64,000 bases of DNA from an uncultured Chloroflexia bacterium (GTDB taxonomy: Bacteria > Chloroflexota > Anaerolineae > Anaerolineales > UBA4823). The stretch spans positions 50,951 through 114,950 of the forward strand of contig CAWEKR010000011.1 of assembly GCA_963809615.1 (NCBI GenBank), in the 5' to 3' direction. The position numbers and the translations under genes are program-made. This document shows positions 19,050 to 27,809 of the stretch, piece by piece. The notes beneath the pieces were generated by a model that was given only the letters and a program-made list of their open reading frames with translations, did not search any database and was not told the DNA's origin. Numbering within the stretch: position 1 is the first letter of the stretch; each line of letters begins with the position of its first letter.

Positions 19050-21617
19050 TTACTGTCGAGCGGTTAATGGGAGGAAGATAAACTGTCCTACAGGTACGAC
19101 AGTCTCAAAAGTAGAGATTCCACATGGACCATTCACTGTCAAATGAACCTTAAACCTACCAAGAGAAGCGTACAAATGAGTTGGAGACTGATCGGTACTC
19201 GAAGAGCCATCCCCAAAGTCCCACGAATAAGTGAGCGGTAGGGTACCGGTACTGAGATTGGTGAATGTTACCGAAAGTGTATCCTTTTGCCAGGTAAACA
19301 ATGCCGTTGGAGCTGTGCAGGTGGTGGTGACCTGGTCGGTAAAACTACCTGTACCGCACAAGTCGGTGGTATTTAACCTGACTGCAAAGGTAGAAGGAAA
19401 ATTGTACTCGTGTACAGGGGAGGTGAGCGTGCTGGTCATGCCATCACCAAAATCCCATAAGAAGTTGAGTGGGAACCGACCTGTACTTTGATTGGTGAAT
19501 GTGACGGTTAATTCCTCGTCCAACCAGCTAAAACCAGCCTGTGGGGCGGAGCATACAGCTGTGACCGGATGGCTGACGTCAACTGAACCGCACAAGTTAG
19601 CTGCGTGCAGGGTGACAACATAGTCACCTGGAAGAGCATACTCATGCACGGGTGAAAGCTCGGTGGTGGTGATGCCATCCCCGAAATCCCAGACGAAATC
19701 AAGGGGGGTGGGACCAGAAGTCTCATTGGTAAAGGTGAACACAAGCTCCGAGCTTATCCAGGAGAACTCAGGTGAGGGGGGAGGACCGGTAATAATACTG
19801 GTAGCCGATAAAGAAATGTTAACACCCTGACCGGTGGTGAGAAGGGCAGTGTTGGTGATTGGCAAGCAGGATACAGCGGTGGGAGTGACAGCGAAGGTGA
19901 TCGTGATGGGTGCGGCGGTCGAAAGATCACCATTCCAGGTGACTGCGCCATCGGTGAAACCAACCAAACCGGAGGAAGCCCATGCTGAGTCAGGAACGTA
20001 GCTGGTTTCCGATGGGATGGGATCGTTGACCTGGTTGCCGGGGACATTATCGAAACTGTTGAGAACGATCGAGTAAGTGAACGGCTCGAATTGATTTACC
20101 CAGGCGGGGGCTGTCTTTTCACCATGGATATCATATACACGCTGGGTATAAATATCTTCCTGGTTGCGGCGGGTGTCCACCCAGGCGGGGTAGACGAAAT
20201 CATTGGTAGCCGCTAAACCACTGTAATCACCGATAAAGGGAGTAGCAAAGCCACCGATGCTAGAGTCGGCCGTAACTTCACTCATGCGATGGTTGGGTCT
20301 GAAGGTTAGACCTCCATCGGTGGAAACGGTGACGAACTCATCATACAGCAGGGGCTGGGTAAAGGGTGTTGGGTCGAGGCGGGAATCAAACCAGCCCACG
20401 AATAATTTACCATTTGGGGCGACGTCCATCCAGGGGAAGAATTGGTGGGCATCGTTGGATAAAGGGTCGTCGTTGATGCGAACCGGTTCGCTCCAGTTAG
20501 CGCCGCTATTGGTTGAACGCGTGAAGTAAACATCGGCATCCGCATTGCGGTAATCACTCCAGGCGACGTAGATATCGCCAGTGTTCAGGTCGACCGCCGC
20601 AGTGGGGAAGGAATTATCGCGGAAACCAGCGCCAGGCAGGGGACTGGGGATTTCGTCCACCGAGGCGACCGGGAAAGGCGTCCCGAAAGATTCCCCTCCA
20701 TTGGTCGATTTTGCCATGCGGATACCACCAGTGTCATAATTAAACCAGGCGACGTAGATGACACCATCCGGTCCGACGATGGGAATAGATCCCTGGTTGG
20801 AAGAATAGCTCGTGTCGCTGATACGGTACGGAACGGAAAAAGATGCGCCTCCGTCAGTGGAGCGAGAAAAGTAAATCGGTGCAGAAAAGTCGAAGTGCGT
20901 CCAGGTGACATAAACGTTGCCATCATAGGCGCTCCCGGTTGCGTCCACGGTCAGGTATTCTTTGTCTTGGAATTCTGAAGCCGAATTCCAGTCCACCACT
21001 ACTGGATCGAGCCAGGTCAGACCCCCATCGGTAGATTTCGAGACTGCCACTCCACCATCATCGGTGGAGCGGTTAAAGGCAATGTATGAATAGTAGACGT
21101 TATGGATATCGTGGATGGCGATGGCAGGGTCACCGGCGGCGAAGGTGTTGGGGATGGTGGAGATATCGATAATGCCATCACCTGGCCAGGTATTGCCGCC
21201 ATCGAAGCTGACGTAAAAACCAGCACGGACATCGTGTTCGGGAGGGGGCTCGACGCGCAAGCGGTAGTCGTTGGAAGTGGCGATAATATGGTTGGGATCG
21301 GATGGGTTGACAGCGATACTGGGCTCATTCTGAGCCTGGGTGGTCTGGTCTTGATTACATAAGACGTTTGGACCTATGGGAACATCTTCCAGGACATTAA
21401 GTAAGGCGCCAGATGACTCCAGCAGAGAGAATGGCTGGAAAAGAAAAGGGCTGGACCAGGAAGGATCGCTCACGACCACACCGGAGAGCATATCCCGAAA
21501 TTCAGGATTATCTCGGGGTGAAGGAGAAGCACTGAGCGCTGGGTGCCAGGCAGAAAAGATCAAGGCAAAACCAATTACAACTAAAACAGTTAAGGTATTG
21601 CGGAAGTGGCGGGACAT
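19050..21617 (-). CDS. Large exported BNR/Asp-box (sialidase-like beta-propeller) protein with three C-terminal PKD domains
   Basis: The start is set at MSRHFRNTLTVLVVIGFALIF (ATG 21617, GGAGG upstream). Six Asp-box-like motifs: SFDGGNTW, STDGGLTW, STDGGASF, STNGGESF, STNSGANW, STDGGLTF. Three WDFGDG..SPxHxY PKD modules at the C-terminus. Confidence 0.8.
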   Translation of the reverse strand: MSRHFRNTLTVLVVIGFALIFSAWHPALSASPSPRDNPEFRDMLSGVVVSDPSWSSPFLFQPFSLLESSGALLNVLEDVPIGPNVLCNQDQTTQAQNEPSIAVNPSDPNHIIATSNDYRLRVEPPPEHDVRAGFYVSFDGGNTWPGDGIIDISTIPNTFAAGDPAIAIHDIHNVYYSYIAFNRSTDDGGVAVSKSTDGGLTWLDPVVVDWNSASEFQDKEYLTVDATGSAYDGNVYVTWTHFDFSAPIYFSRSTDGGASFSVPYRISDTSYSSNQGSIPIVGPDGVIYVAWFNYDTGGIRMAKSTNGGESFGTPFPVASVDEIPSPLPGAGFRDNSFPTAAVDLNTGDIYVAWSDYRNADADVYFTRSTNSGANWSEPVRINDDPLSNDAHQFFPWMDVAPNGKLFVGWFDSRLDPTPFTQPLLYDEFVTVSTDGGLTFRPNHRMSEVTADSSIGGFATPFIGDYSGLAATNDFVYPAWVDTRRNQEDIYTQRVYDIHGEKTAPAWVNQFEPFTYSIVLNSFDNVPGNQVNDPIPSETSYVPDSAWASSGLVGFTDGAVTWNGDLSTAAPITITFAVTPTAVSCLPITNTALLTTGQGVNISLSATSIITGPPPSPEFSWISSELVFTFTNETSGPTPLDFVWDFGDGITTTELSPVHEYALPGDYVVTLHAANLCGSVDVSHPVTAVCSAPQAGFSWLDEELTVTFTNQSTGRFPLNFLWDFGDGMTSTLTSPVHEYNFPSTFAVRLNTTDLCGTGSFTDQVTTTCTAPTALFTWQKDTLSVTFTNLSTGTLPLTYSWDFGDGSSSTDQSPTHLYASLGRFKVHLTVNGPCGISTFETVVPVGQFIFLPLTARQ
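19122..19772 (-). repeat. Three tandem PKD-domain coding repeats (~80 aa each) inside the BNR protein gene
   Basis: Repeated blocks F(S/T)W...TFTN.S.G..PL.F.WDFGDG.....SPVHEY....F.V.L....CG occur three times in the last 240 codons. Confidence 0.8.
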
Positions 21618-21742
21618 GAGGGGAGCCTCCAGAGGGGTTGAACGGATTCCTTTATTGTAACTGTGAATTGAGCCATAAATGGTTAATAAATGCTGGTATG
21701 TATCCTGCACAATAGGGGGAGAAAATCCCTTGATGAATCCTC

Positions 21743-21771
21743 TTGACCTAGAACAAATGTTCTGTTATACT
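21743..21771 (+). promoter_or_regulatory. Near-consensus sigma70 promoter upstream of the 81-aa ORF
   Basis: TTGACC (21743-21748), a 17-nt spacer, then TATACT (21766-21771). It lies 82 nt upstream of ATG 21853. Confidence 0.7.
21750..21763. promoter_or_regulatory. LexA-type SOS box candidate (GAAC-N4-GTTC) inside the promoter spacer
   Basis: AGAACAAATGTTCT has 6+6 nt perfect inverted arms (AGAACA/TGTTCT). It matches the Gram-positive/Cheo-box core GAAC-N4-GTTC. Confidence 0.6.
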
Positions 21772-21852
21772 ATAAAGCGTGGCAATTATGCAATAATATC
21801 GAGAAGATCACTCGATATCCAGTAATAAGATAACGTTGGCGGAGGTTTTGAA

Positions 21853-22098
21853 ATGAACATCGGAATGCTGTGGTATGACAATGATAACAAGGCTGACCTG
21901 GCGACTAAAATCCAGAAAGCAGTGAATTATTACCATTTGAAGTATGGGAAGGAACCCAACCTATGCCTGGTGCATCCAAGGACGTTGGGCACAACATCGT
22001 GGAAAAGTGTAGGTCTTGAGGTAAGAACCACACGCTCGGTACTACCGAACCATTTTTGGTTGGGGGTTAATAATAATGGAAACCCGGTTAAATCGTGA
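21853..22098 (+). CDS. Small hypothetical protein (81 aa), candidate SOS-regulated
   Basis: GGAGG SD 7 nt upstream. The sequence is MNIGMLWYDNDNKADLATKIQKAVNYYHLKYGKEPNLCLVHP.... It has no TM helix and no family I can name with certainty. Confidence 0.65.
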   Translation: MNIGMLWYDNDNKADLATKIQKAVNYYHLKYGKEPNLCLVHPRTLGTTSWKSVGLEVRTTRSVLPNHFWLGVNNNGNPVKS

Positions 22099-23092
22099 GC
22101 TCGGTCACCAGCAGCTCAAGGGCCAGCTCTGCCTCCATTTGACCAGTCTTAATCGCTTCATCAAGGTCCAGCAACCGGTGATAGATCATATCAAGGGATT
22201 TACCAGGAAAGTGTGGAGCGCTCTCCATTGCCAGTTTAGCGGGGTAGTAGGCAATTTTTAATGACCTCGGAATGTCATTGATAGATCCACGGTCGTCGAT
22301 CAATTCTTTGGCAATAATTAGCACCCGAATTTGATAAACGATACTCTGAAAGATCCTCCCCGGATCGTCCTCCTGCAGGCTCCTATGGAGCAGTGCTTGG
22401 GCTTTGCCTGGGTTGCGATCACGCAGGGCATTCACCAGCTCGAAATCACCGATTTTCGCAGTCAAGGGAGTGAGGTGCTCAACGTCATCGACATCCACCG
22501 GGCGTGAGAAGTTTACATATGTCAACAACTTGGTAACCTCCTGTGAAGCCAGGCGGGTATCATTACCAATTTGGTTGGAAAGTGAGACAGCTGCCTGGGG
22601 TGTGATTTGCCCACCAACCGATTTCACATACTCCTGGATCCACTTGACCATTTGTGCACCGCCCGGCTGGGGATGGTGGCGCAGGTAGACACGTTTCGAT
22701 TGCTCAGCCGATACAGCCCATTTTTCCAGCCAATTCAGCCTGCCATCTTTCCGTTCTTTTTCGCTGGTGAGGAACTCGTATTCGACCAAAATCAATTTTG
22801 AGCTTGGTTTATCTGCTGCCAGATAGGTTAAGAATTCCTGCTGATCTTTTTTGTCTTTCAGGCGGAAAGTTGGGTGGCTGAGAATGACCAGCCTTTTGGC
22901 AGCCAGGAAAGGTACCGTAGCAACTGCATCTTTGAGCTGGGATAAGGAGAAAGACCTGCCATCCAGGCGGGTGGTATTCATGCCGGCGATGCTGGCATCG
23001 CCGAGTCGGCTGGTTACCTTTTCAATGGATTCGTTGATTGCAAACTCATCGTCGCCATCAAATAGATAAATTTCGGGGGTCTCCTCTGCCAC
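22088..23092 (-). CDS. holA: DNA polymerase III delta subunit
   Basis: 334 aa with a typical HolA layout (YLFDGDDEF..., LSQLKDAVATVPFLAAKRLVIL, C-terminal helical domain). The GTG start immediately follows the TAG of the upstream ORF. Confidence 0.8.
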   Translation of the reverse strand: MAEETPEIYLFDGDDEFAINESIEKVTSRLGDASIAGMNTTRLDGRSFSLSQLKDAVATVPFLAAKRLVILSHPTFRLKDKKDQQEFLTYLAADKPSSKLILVEYEFLTSEKERKDGRLNWLEKWAVSAEQSKRVYLRHHPQPGGAQMVKWIQEYVKSVGGQITPQAAVSLSNQIGNDTRLASQEVTKLLTYVNFSRPVDVDDVEHLTPLTAKIGDFELVNALRDRNPGKAQALLHRSLQEDDPGRIFQSIVYQIRVLIIAKELIDDRGSINDIPRSLKIAYYPAKLAMESAPHFPGKSLDMIYHRLLDLDEAIKTGQMEAELALELLVTELTI

Positions 23093-23094
23093 AC

Positions 23095-23634
23095 CTAGCC
23101 TCGAGTTTGGATGCGGTGGAAAGTGAGGTGACCTTGTTCACGGTGGGTGATAGAGATGACTTCCAGTGAGCCAGGATCACCGGAAGTGGTCACACGCCGT
23201 TGAATTTCCAACCCCAAAGGCTGCGAGAAGATTAAAGCGATGGTTGCCAGGGCGGCAGCGAAGGGTAAGCGGCCAAGTTTATCCTGCCAGCGCCTACCGC
23301 TGCCCAGCATGGAGGCAGCACCTGCCAAACCGGCGAGCGCCCCGGCAGTGGCATAGTTCGTCCCGCAGTTGGGATGAACTGCCAGCTGGCGCTCTCCCGC
23401 TCGCAACCGGGCGATGGCTTCCTGGACTGCGGAATGGAGCAGCTCGGCAGGAACATCACCGATGATCCAGAATCCACCGATGTCGGAATGACCCATCAGC
23501 ATGGTGTGGGGGAGATAGTTCGCTAGAACATGTAAGGTGGCATGCTCCAGACCGTGATTACGGCGGACGTGCGAAATCACCGGGAGCTCCAAAATTGTGG
23601 ACAAACTGTATGCTTCAGGCTGCGCCATGGACAC
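23095..23634 (-). CDS. Conserved-looking hypothetical protein (RRNHGLEHAT / HPNCGTN motifs, hydrophobic C-terminal half)
   Basis: 179-aa ORF that directly abuts holA (stop TAG then GTG). His/Cys-containing motifs suggest a metal site. I cannot name the family with confidence. Confidence 0.6.
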   Translation of the reverse strand: MSMAQPEAYSLSTILELPVISHVRRNHGLEHATLHVLANYLPHTMLMGHSDIGGFWIIGDVPAELLHSAVQEAIARLRAGERQLAVHPNCGTNYATAGALAGLAGAASMLGSGRRWQDKLGRLPFAAALATIALIFSQPLGLEIQRRVTTSGDPGSLEVISITHREQGHLTFHRIQTRG

Positions 23635-23920
23635 CTCCGATCCAAAAGGATTATACCAGTGTGCAATGTTTCATTGTTTGAAGCAGAGGTGTACTGATTA
23701 GGACTTGAAAATCCGATTGATCTGGTTTTTCGTTACTATTATTGAAGTGAAACCTGATCTGGGTAATTGAGAAATTACGAGATTCCCAACGATCCCATAA
23801 AAACGAGTCAGATAATAAACCTGGTGGAATTATTGGATAACATACTGGATGAAAAGGGGAATTTCCGGTTGAAAAATTCGTTTCCGAAACCGGAGGCAGC
23901 AGGAATGTGTGTGACCTGAG

Positions 23921-25222
23921 CTATTGGGTGTTGTCTTGCATCAACCTGGCAGCTTTACGCCCGATTTCTACAGCGAAGTTGGTGCCCCGATCCCACGGAT
24001 AAACCTGGCTCATACTGGCAAAGTACAGCCCAGGGACTGGTGTTTGAATGGCTGGTATGTTAAGCGAATGGTTAAGCAGTGGGACAGGCTGGGCATAATT
24101 GGTCCGATACAGCCAGGTTTTATTGATCCAGCCGGGCTCGAACTTTGGATTGAAGCGGCTTATGGATGGCAGGAAACGCTGCAACAGCTCTTCCTGGCTT
24201 AAAGTGAAGTACTCATGACCTGTTTCAAGGTAGTCACCACAGTAAATAATATGGTCACCACCGAAATGTTCGGGTGAAACGAAGTTGGTATGTTCCACTA
24301 AAGCCAAAAAGGGGAAGCCAGCAGCCTTGGGGAGGTTATACCAGTAATAGCCCTGCTCGGAGAGCTGGTGTTTGAGGGAAAGCGTCATAACCACGGCTCC
24401 CATCGATTTAAGCTCGAGCAGCCCCTTGAGATAACCTGACGGAATGGAGGGGGCAAGCCGGGCAAGCAGGTTTGGAGAAGTAGTGACCAAGCATTGGTCA
24501 TAATGCGCCTGACCTTCGGGAGTGATAAGGTCTATCCCGCCCGAAGGTGAAGAGAGAATTTGTGTTATAGGGGAAGACCGTCTGATCGAGACGCCCAATT
24601 CCAGCAAGGCGGTGGCAAAGCGGTCAGCGAAGGCTTGAAAGCCACCTTGAAACGTGCCCAGGCGAGTAGTGCGGGCTTTCAGACGCGCCCACATCCAGGC
24701 CATATTGACCTGCCTGGCATACCCCTGGCCGAATTTACCCACCATCAGGGGTTCCCACATCAGCTCGTAGACGCGGTCCCCCGCCCACCTGCGCATCCAG
24801 GTGTCTACGGTATATTGTTCGAGGGTTTTCCAGTTATTCGTGAGACGCAGGAACAACCCAACCAAACCGAAACGTGCTTTATTGATACCCCAACCCAAGC
24901 CCGGGAAGAGAATGGCTTTTAGGATCGAATCGAACGGATAGAAACGCCCCTGGTAATACATGACTGTATAGGGGCGGGGGAAGATGACTTGATCGCGCCA
25001 GCCCAGCTCATCAATCAACCCCAGGATATGGCGGTCTGAGGCAAACCAGTGGTGGTAGTACTGTTCCACCGACCAATCCCAATGCGACTCTTTGAAACCG
25101 CCTGCCAATCCACCGACCTGGGAAGAGGCCTCATAGATTGTAACCTGGTGCCCCTGCCGGATAAGATCGTAAGCGGCAGACATGCCTCCGAAACCTGCCC
25201 CTAGAATCGCTATCTGCCTCAT
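23921..25222 (-). CDS. FAD/NAD(P)-dependent oxidoreductase, phytoene-desaturase/amine-oxidase-like
   Basis: N-terminal dinucleotide fold MRQIAILGAGFGGMSAAYDL...VTIYEASSQVGGL. Its length (433 aa) and C-terminal YFAS...G motif are typical of the CrtI/amine oxidase superfamily. Confidence 0.75.
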   Translation of the reverse strand: MRQIAILGAGFGGMSAAYDLIRQGHQVTIYEASSQVGGLAGGFKESHWDWSVEQYYHHWFASDRHILGLIDELGWRDQVIFPRPYTVMYYQGRFYPFDSILKAILFPGLGWGINKARFGLVGLFLRLTNNWKTLEQYTVDTWMRRWAGDRVYELMWEPLMVGKFGQGYARQVNMAWMWARLKARTTRLGTFQGGFQAFADRFATALLELGVSIRRSSPITQILSSPSGGIDLITPEGQAHYDQCLVTTSPNLLARLAPSIPSGYLKGLLELKSMGAVVMTLSLKHQLSEQGYYWYNLPKAAGFPFLALVEHTNFVSPEHFGGDHIIYCGDYLETGHEYFTLSQEELLQRFLPSISRFNPKFEPGWINKTWLYRTNYAQPVPLLNHSLNIPAIQTPVPGLYFASMSQVYPWDRGTNFAVEIGRKAARLMQDNTQ

Positions 25223-26262
25223 TGGGAATTAATCCCTTCCGGTTGAACTGGCTCATCCTTCGCCCGCATTGCTTCCGACCATGATATCCCCTCGCGGACC
25301 ATGTAGTAAAGACCCAGCGCGGTGACGGGGAACCATAAAGCAAAATGCAGCACGAAGGTGTAGCTTGCGGCTATCTCGCGGGGAATATTATAGGCCTGCA
25401 GCACGGCGATCCCGGGGAGGTCAAAAGTGCCGAGATAACCAGGGGCAGAGGGGATGGTGGTGGCTAGATTGACGACTCCGTTCATCAGCATTAAGGCAAA
25501 GAAACTGATCGAGAAGCTGAAGGCATGCATCACAAACCAATATTTGACCGTCTCAAGCAGCCATATCAAGACCGAGGTAAAAAAGACCATCAGCACGTCG
25601 AAGGGGGACCTGAGCGATTTGAGTCCTTCGAGGAAACGGCGGATAACCCCTAGGGTTTTTTCGCGTATCCGCACCGGCGCCAGGTGGATGACAAGCCAGG
25701 TTACGAGTCGGTCGGTGGGGGCGGGGAACATGGCAGCAACCAGGAAAAGCGCAAGAGCACCAAAAAAAGCGATGCTGCCCCAAATGGCAACCTCTCGAAT
25801 CCCGAATTTTATCCCTGCCACGTCGATGGCAACGCTGGTGAGCCGTGTGAGCTCGGCCAGGTTGACGAAGACAAAGCCGAGCATTACGATGCCATCAAAC
25901 ATGCGCTCGATAATGATCGTTGCCAGGGAAGCCGGGATAGCTACTCCTTCCTGACGTTTGAGCACCACTGCGCGCAGCACCTCTCCAGCGCGGGCGGGGA
26001 AGATGTTATTGGCGGCATATCCCATGGTGACAATAGGAAACATGGTGCGGGTGGGAATAGATTTAAGTGGACGAACGAGGTAATGCCAGCGCCAGGAGCG
26101 GACCCATAAAGCGATGAAATAAACTGCCACTCCAGGGATGAGCCACCAATAATTAGCTTCGATCAACACCAACCACAGCTGGGAGAAGTCAATTTTTCTT
26201 AAAACCAGGTATAGAAATAAGGCGCTGATTGCCAAACCAAACCAGAACTGCCAGCGTTTCAT
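25219..26262 (-). CDS. Polytopic membrane protein, UPF0104 / flippase-like (LPG-synthase TM-region) family
   Basis: MKRWQFWFGLAISALFLYLVLRKIDF...ALWVRSWRWHYLVRPL matches the characteristic N-terminus of this family, with about 8 TM helices. The start is set at ATG 26262 (alternative 26271). The stop overlaps the downstream ATG (ATGA). Confidence 0.7.
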   Translation of the reverse strand: MKRWQFWFGLAISALFLYLVLRKIDFSQLWLVLIEANYWWLIPGVAVYFIALWVRSWRWHYLVRPLKSIPTRTMFPIVTMGYAANNIFPARAGEVLRAVVLKRQEGVAIPASLATIIIERMFDGIVMLGFVFVNLAELTRLTSVAIDVAGIKFGIREVAIWGSIAFFGALALFLVAAMFPAPTDRLVTWLVIHLAPVRIREKTLGVIRRFLEGLKSLRSPFDVLMVFFTSVLIWLLETVKYWFVMHAFSFSISFFALMLMNGVVNLATTIPSAPGYLGTFDLPGIAVLQAYNIPREIAASYTFVLHFALWFPVTALGLYYMVREGISWSEAMRAKDEPVQPEGINSQ

Positions 26263-26396
26263 GGTTCTCATTCTACCATACCGGTTATTTCTGTCATGTT
26301 GATGAAAATGCCCTCGAATGTTGAAGTGATTAATCATGGAAACGAAGATCATAAATAAATATGACAATATATGCTATCCCCAAGGGTAAGGAAAAA

Positions 26397-27809
26397 ATGC
26401 CAGCAGGGTGGATTATAATTTTCAGTATGAAGACAAAGATCGCAGTAGGAGGGATCGTGTTGTTAGTGCTTGTCGGCGCGGGGATGGTGATTTTCGCCTG
26501 GAGCTCGAAGCCGCGACTGGTTGAGATCTATCCTCAGGCAGGGGCAACCAATGTTCCTGAAACGACTGCTATCCGGCTGGTCTTTTCAGGCAGTGTAAAT
26601 GCGGAGACGTTATATGAACGTCTGAAAATTGAACCTGCGATGGTTGGGAATTTCACCTGGGATCAGAATACCCTCATTTTTACTCCCACCCAGGCCTGGC
26701 CCGCCGGGCAGGAAATCAAGCTGTACCTGGCAGCGGGAGTACGGGCTGCAAGCGCGATTTCATTCCCCATGGGCGGGCAGTCCTGGTCATTTCAAACCAA
26801 TGCCGCCATGCTTGCCTATCTGTGGCCCTCAGATGGTCCAGCTGATCTATATGCCCTGAGGCCAGATAGCGGCGAAATTCTACGCTACACGCGTGGGATG
26901 AGGGTGCTCGATTTCTCGGTGAGCAGCAATGGGATCATGATCTATTTCAGTGCAGCTAATTCACGCGGAGGGGCGAACCTTTACCGGATCGACCGGACCC
27001 AGATTGGAGCATCATCCGACAGTAACTACCAGGCGCAGGAGCTGCTTGATTGCGGTTCAGCACAATGCAGGAATCCTGTGATCTCTGCTGACGACCATTA
27101 TTTAGCCTATGAATATCTGCCTATTAACGCGGCTGGAGGAGCGGATGCCGCGCAAATCTGGCTGATGGATATGGTATCTATGGAGGCAAAGCAGGTGAGC
27201 CCTACTGCCCATGAAACCGTGCAACCCGCCTGGTCGTCAAAAGGCTTGCTGCTATTTTATGATCGAACCAGCAGCGCTTATGAAATTGTTAATCTCCTCA
27301 CCCAAGGCAACACCCTTTTGGTAAACCAAACCGGTCAACCCGGAGATTGGAGCCCAGATGGGGAATACTACCTGGCACCAGAAATTACATATTACCGGGC
27401 ACCTGGAGATACTGAACGGGGAACAAGCCAACTGATGCGATACAACTCACAGAACGCAAATGCAGAAAACATATCCAAATCGTTGGATGTTGAAGATGCC
27501 GAAGGAACATATTCGCCAGATGGAGGCTTCATCGCATTTGCGCGAAAATTCCTGGATGCAGCCCATTGGTCGCTTGGCAGGCAGCTGTGGAGCATGAATT
27601 CAGATGGGTCAGGCGCCCATCCCATCACAAATGAAGCGGATTACAACCATTATGACCTGGCATGGAGCCGGGATGGGTTGAAGATTGCCTATGTACGCTT
27701 TGACGAATCCAAATTATCGAACCCCCCTGAGCTGTGGATGGTCAATTCAGATGGAAGCAATGCAGTGCAGCTGGTGATTGGAGGCTATTCGCCGGTATGG
27801 ATACCATAA
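26397..27809 (+). CDS. Membrane-anchored Ig-like plus PD40 beta-propeller protein
   Basis: ATG 26397 has an AAGGA SD. TM helix IAVGGIVLLVLVGAGMVIFAW. The N-terminal block PQAGATNVPETTAIRLVFSG is SbsA-Ig-like. PD40-type motifs follow (WSPDGEYY, YSPDGGFIAF, WSRDGLKIAY). Confidence 0.7.
   Translation: MPAGWIIIFSMKTKIAVGGIVLLVLVGAGMVIFAWSSKPRLVEIYPQAGATNVPETTAIRLVFSGSVNAETLYERLKIEPAMVGNFTWDQNTLIFTPTQAWPAGQEIKLYLAAGVRAASAISFPMGGQSWSFQTNAAMLAYLWPSDGPADLYALRPDSGEILRYTRGMRVLDFSVSSNGIMIYFSAANSRGGANLYRIDRTQIGASSDSNYQAQELLDCGSAQCRNPVISADDHYLAYEYLPINAAGGADAAQIWLMDMVSMEAKQVSPTAHETVQPAWSSKGLLLFYDRTSSAYEIVNLLTQGNTLLVNQTGQPGDWSPDGEYYLAPEITYYRAPGDTERGTSQLMRYNSQNANAENISKSLDVEDAEGTYSPDGGFIAFARKFLDAAHWSLGRQLWSMNSDGSGAHPITNEADYNHYDLAWSRDGLKIAYVRFDESKLSNPPELWMVNSDGSNAVQLVIGGYSPVWIP

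Noticed and set aside
25454-26109. Two plus-strand ORFs (166 and 141 aa)
   Set aside because: They lie antisense to the UPF0104 membrane protein gene. That gene has the coherent TM-helix pattern and the family-typical N-terminus.
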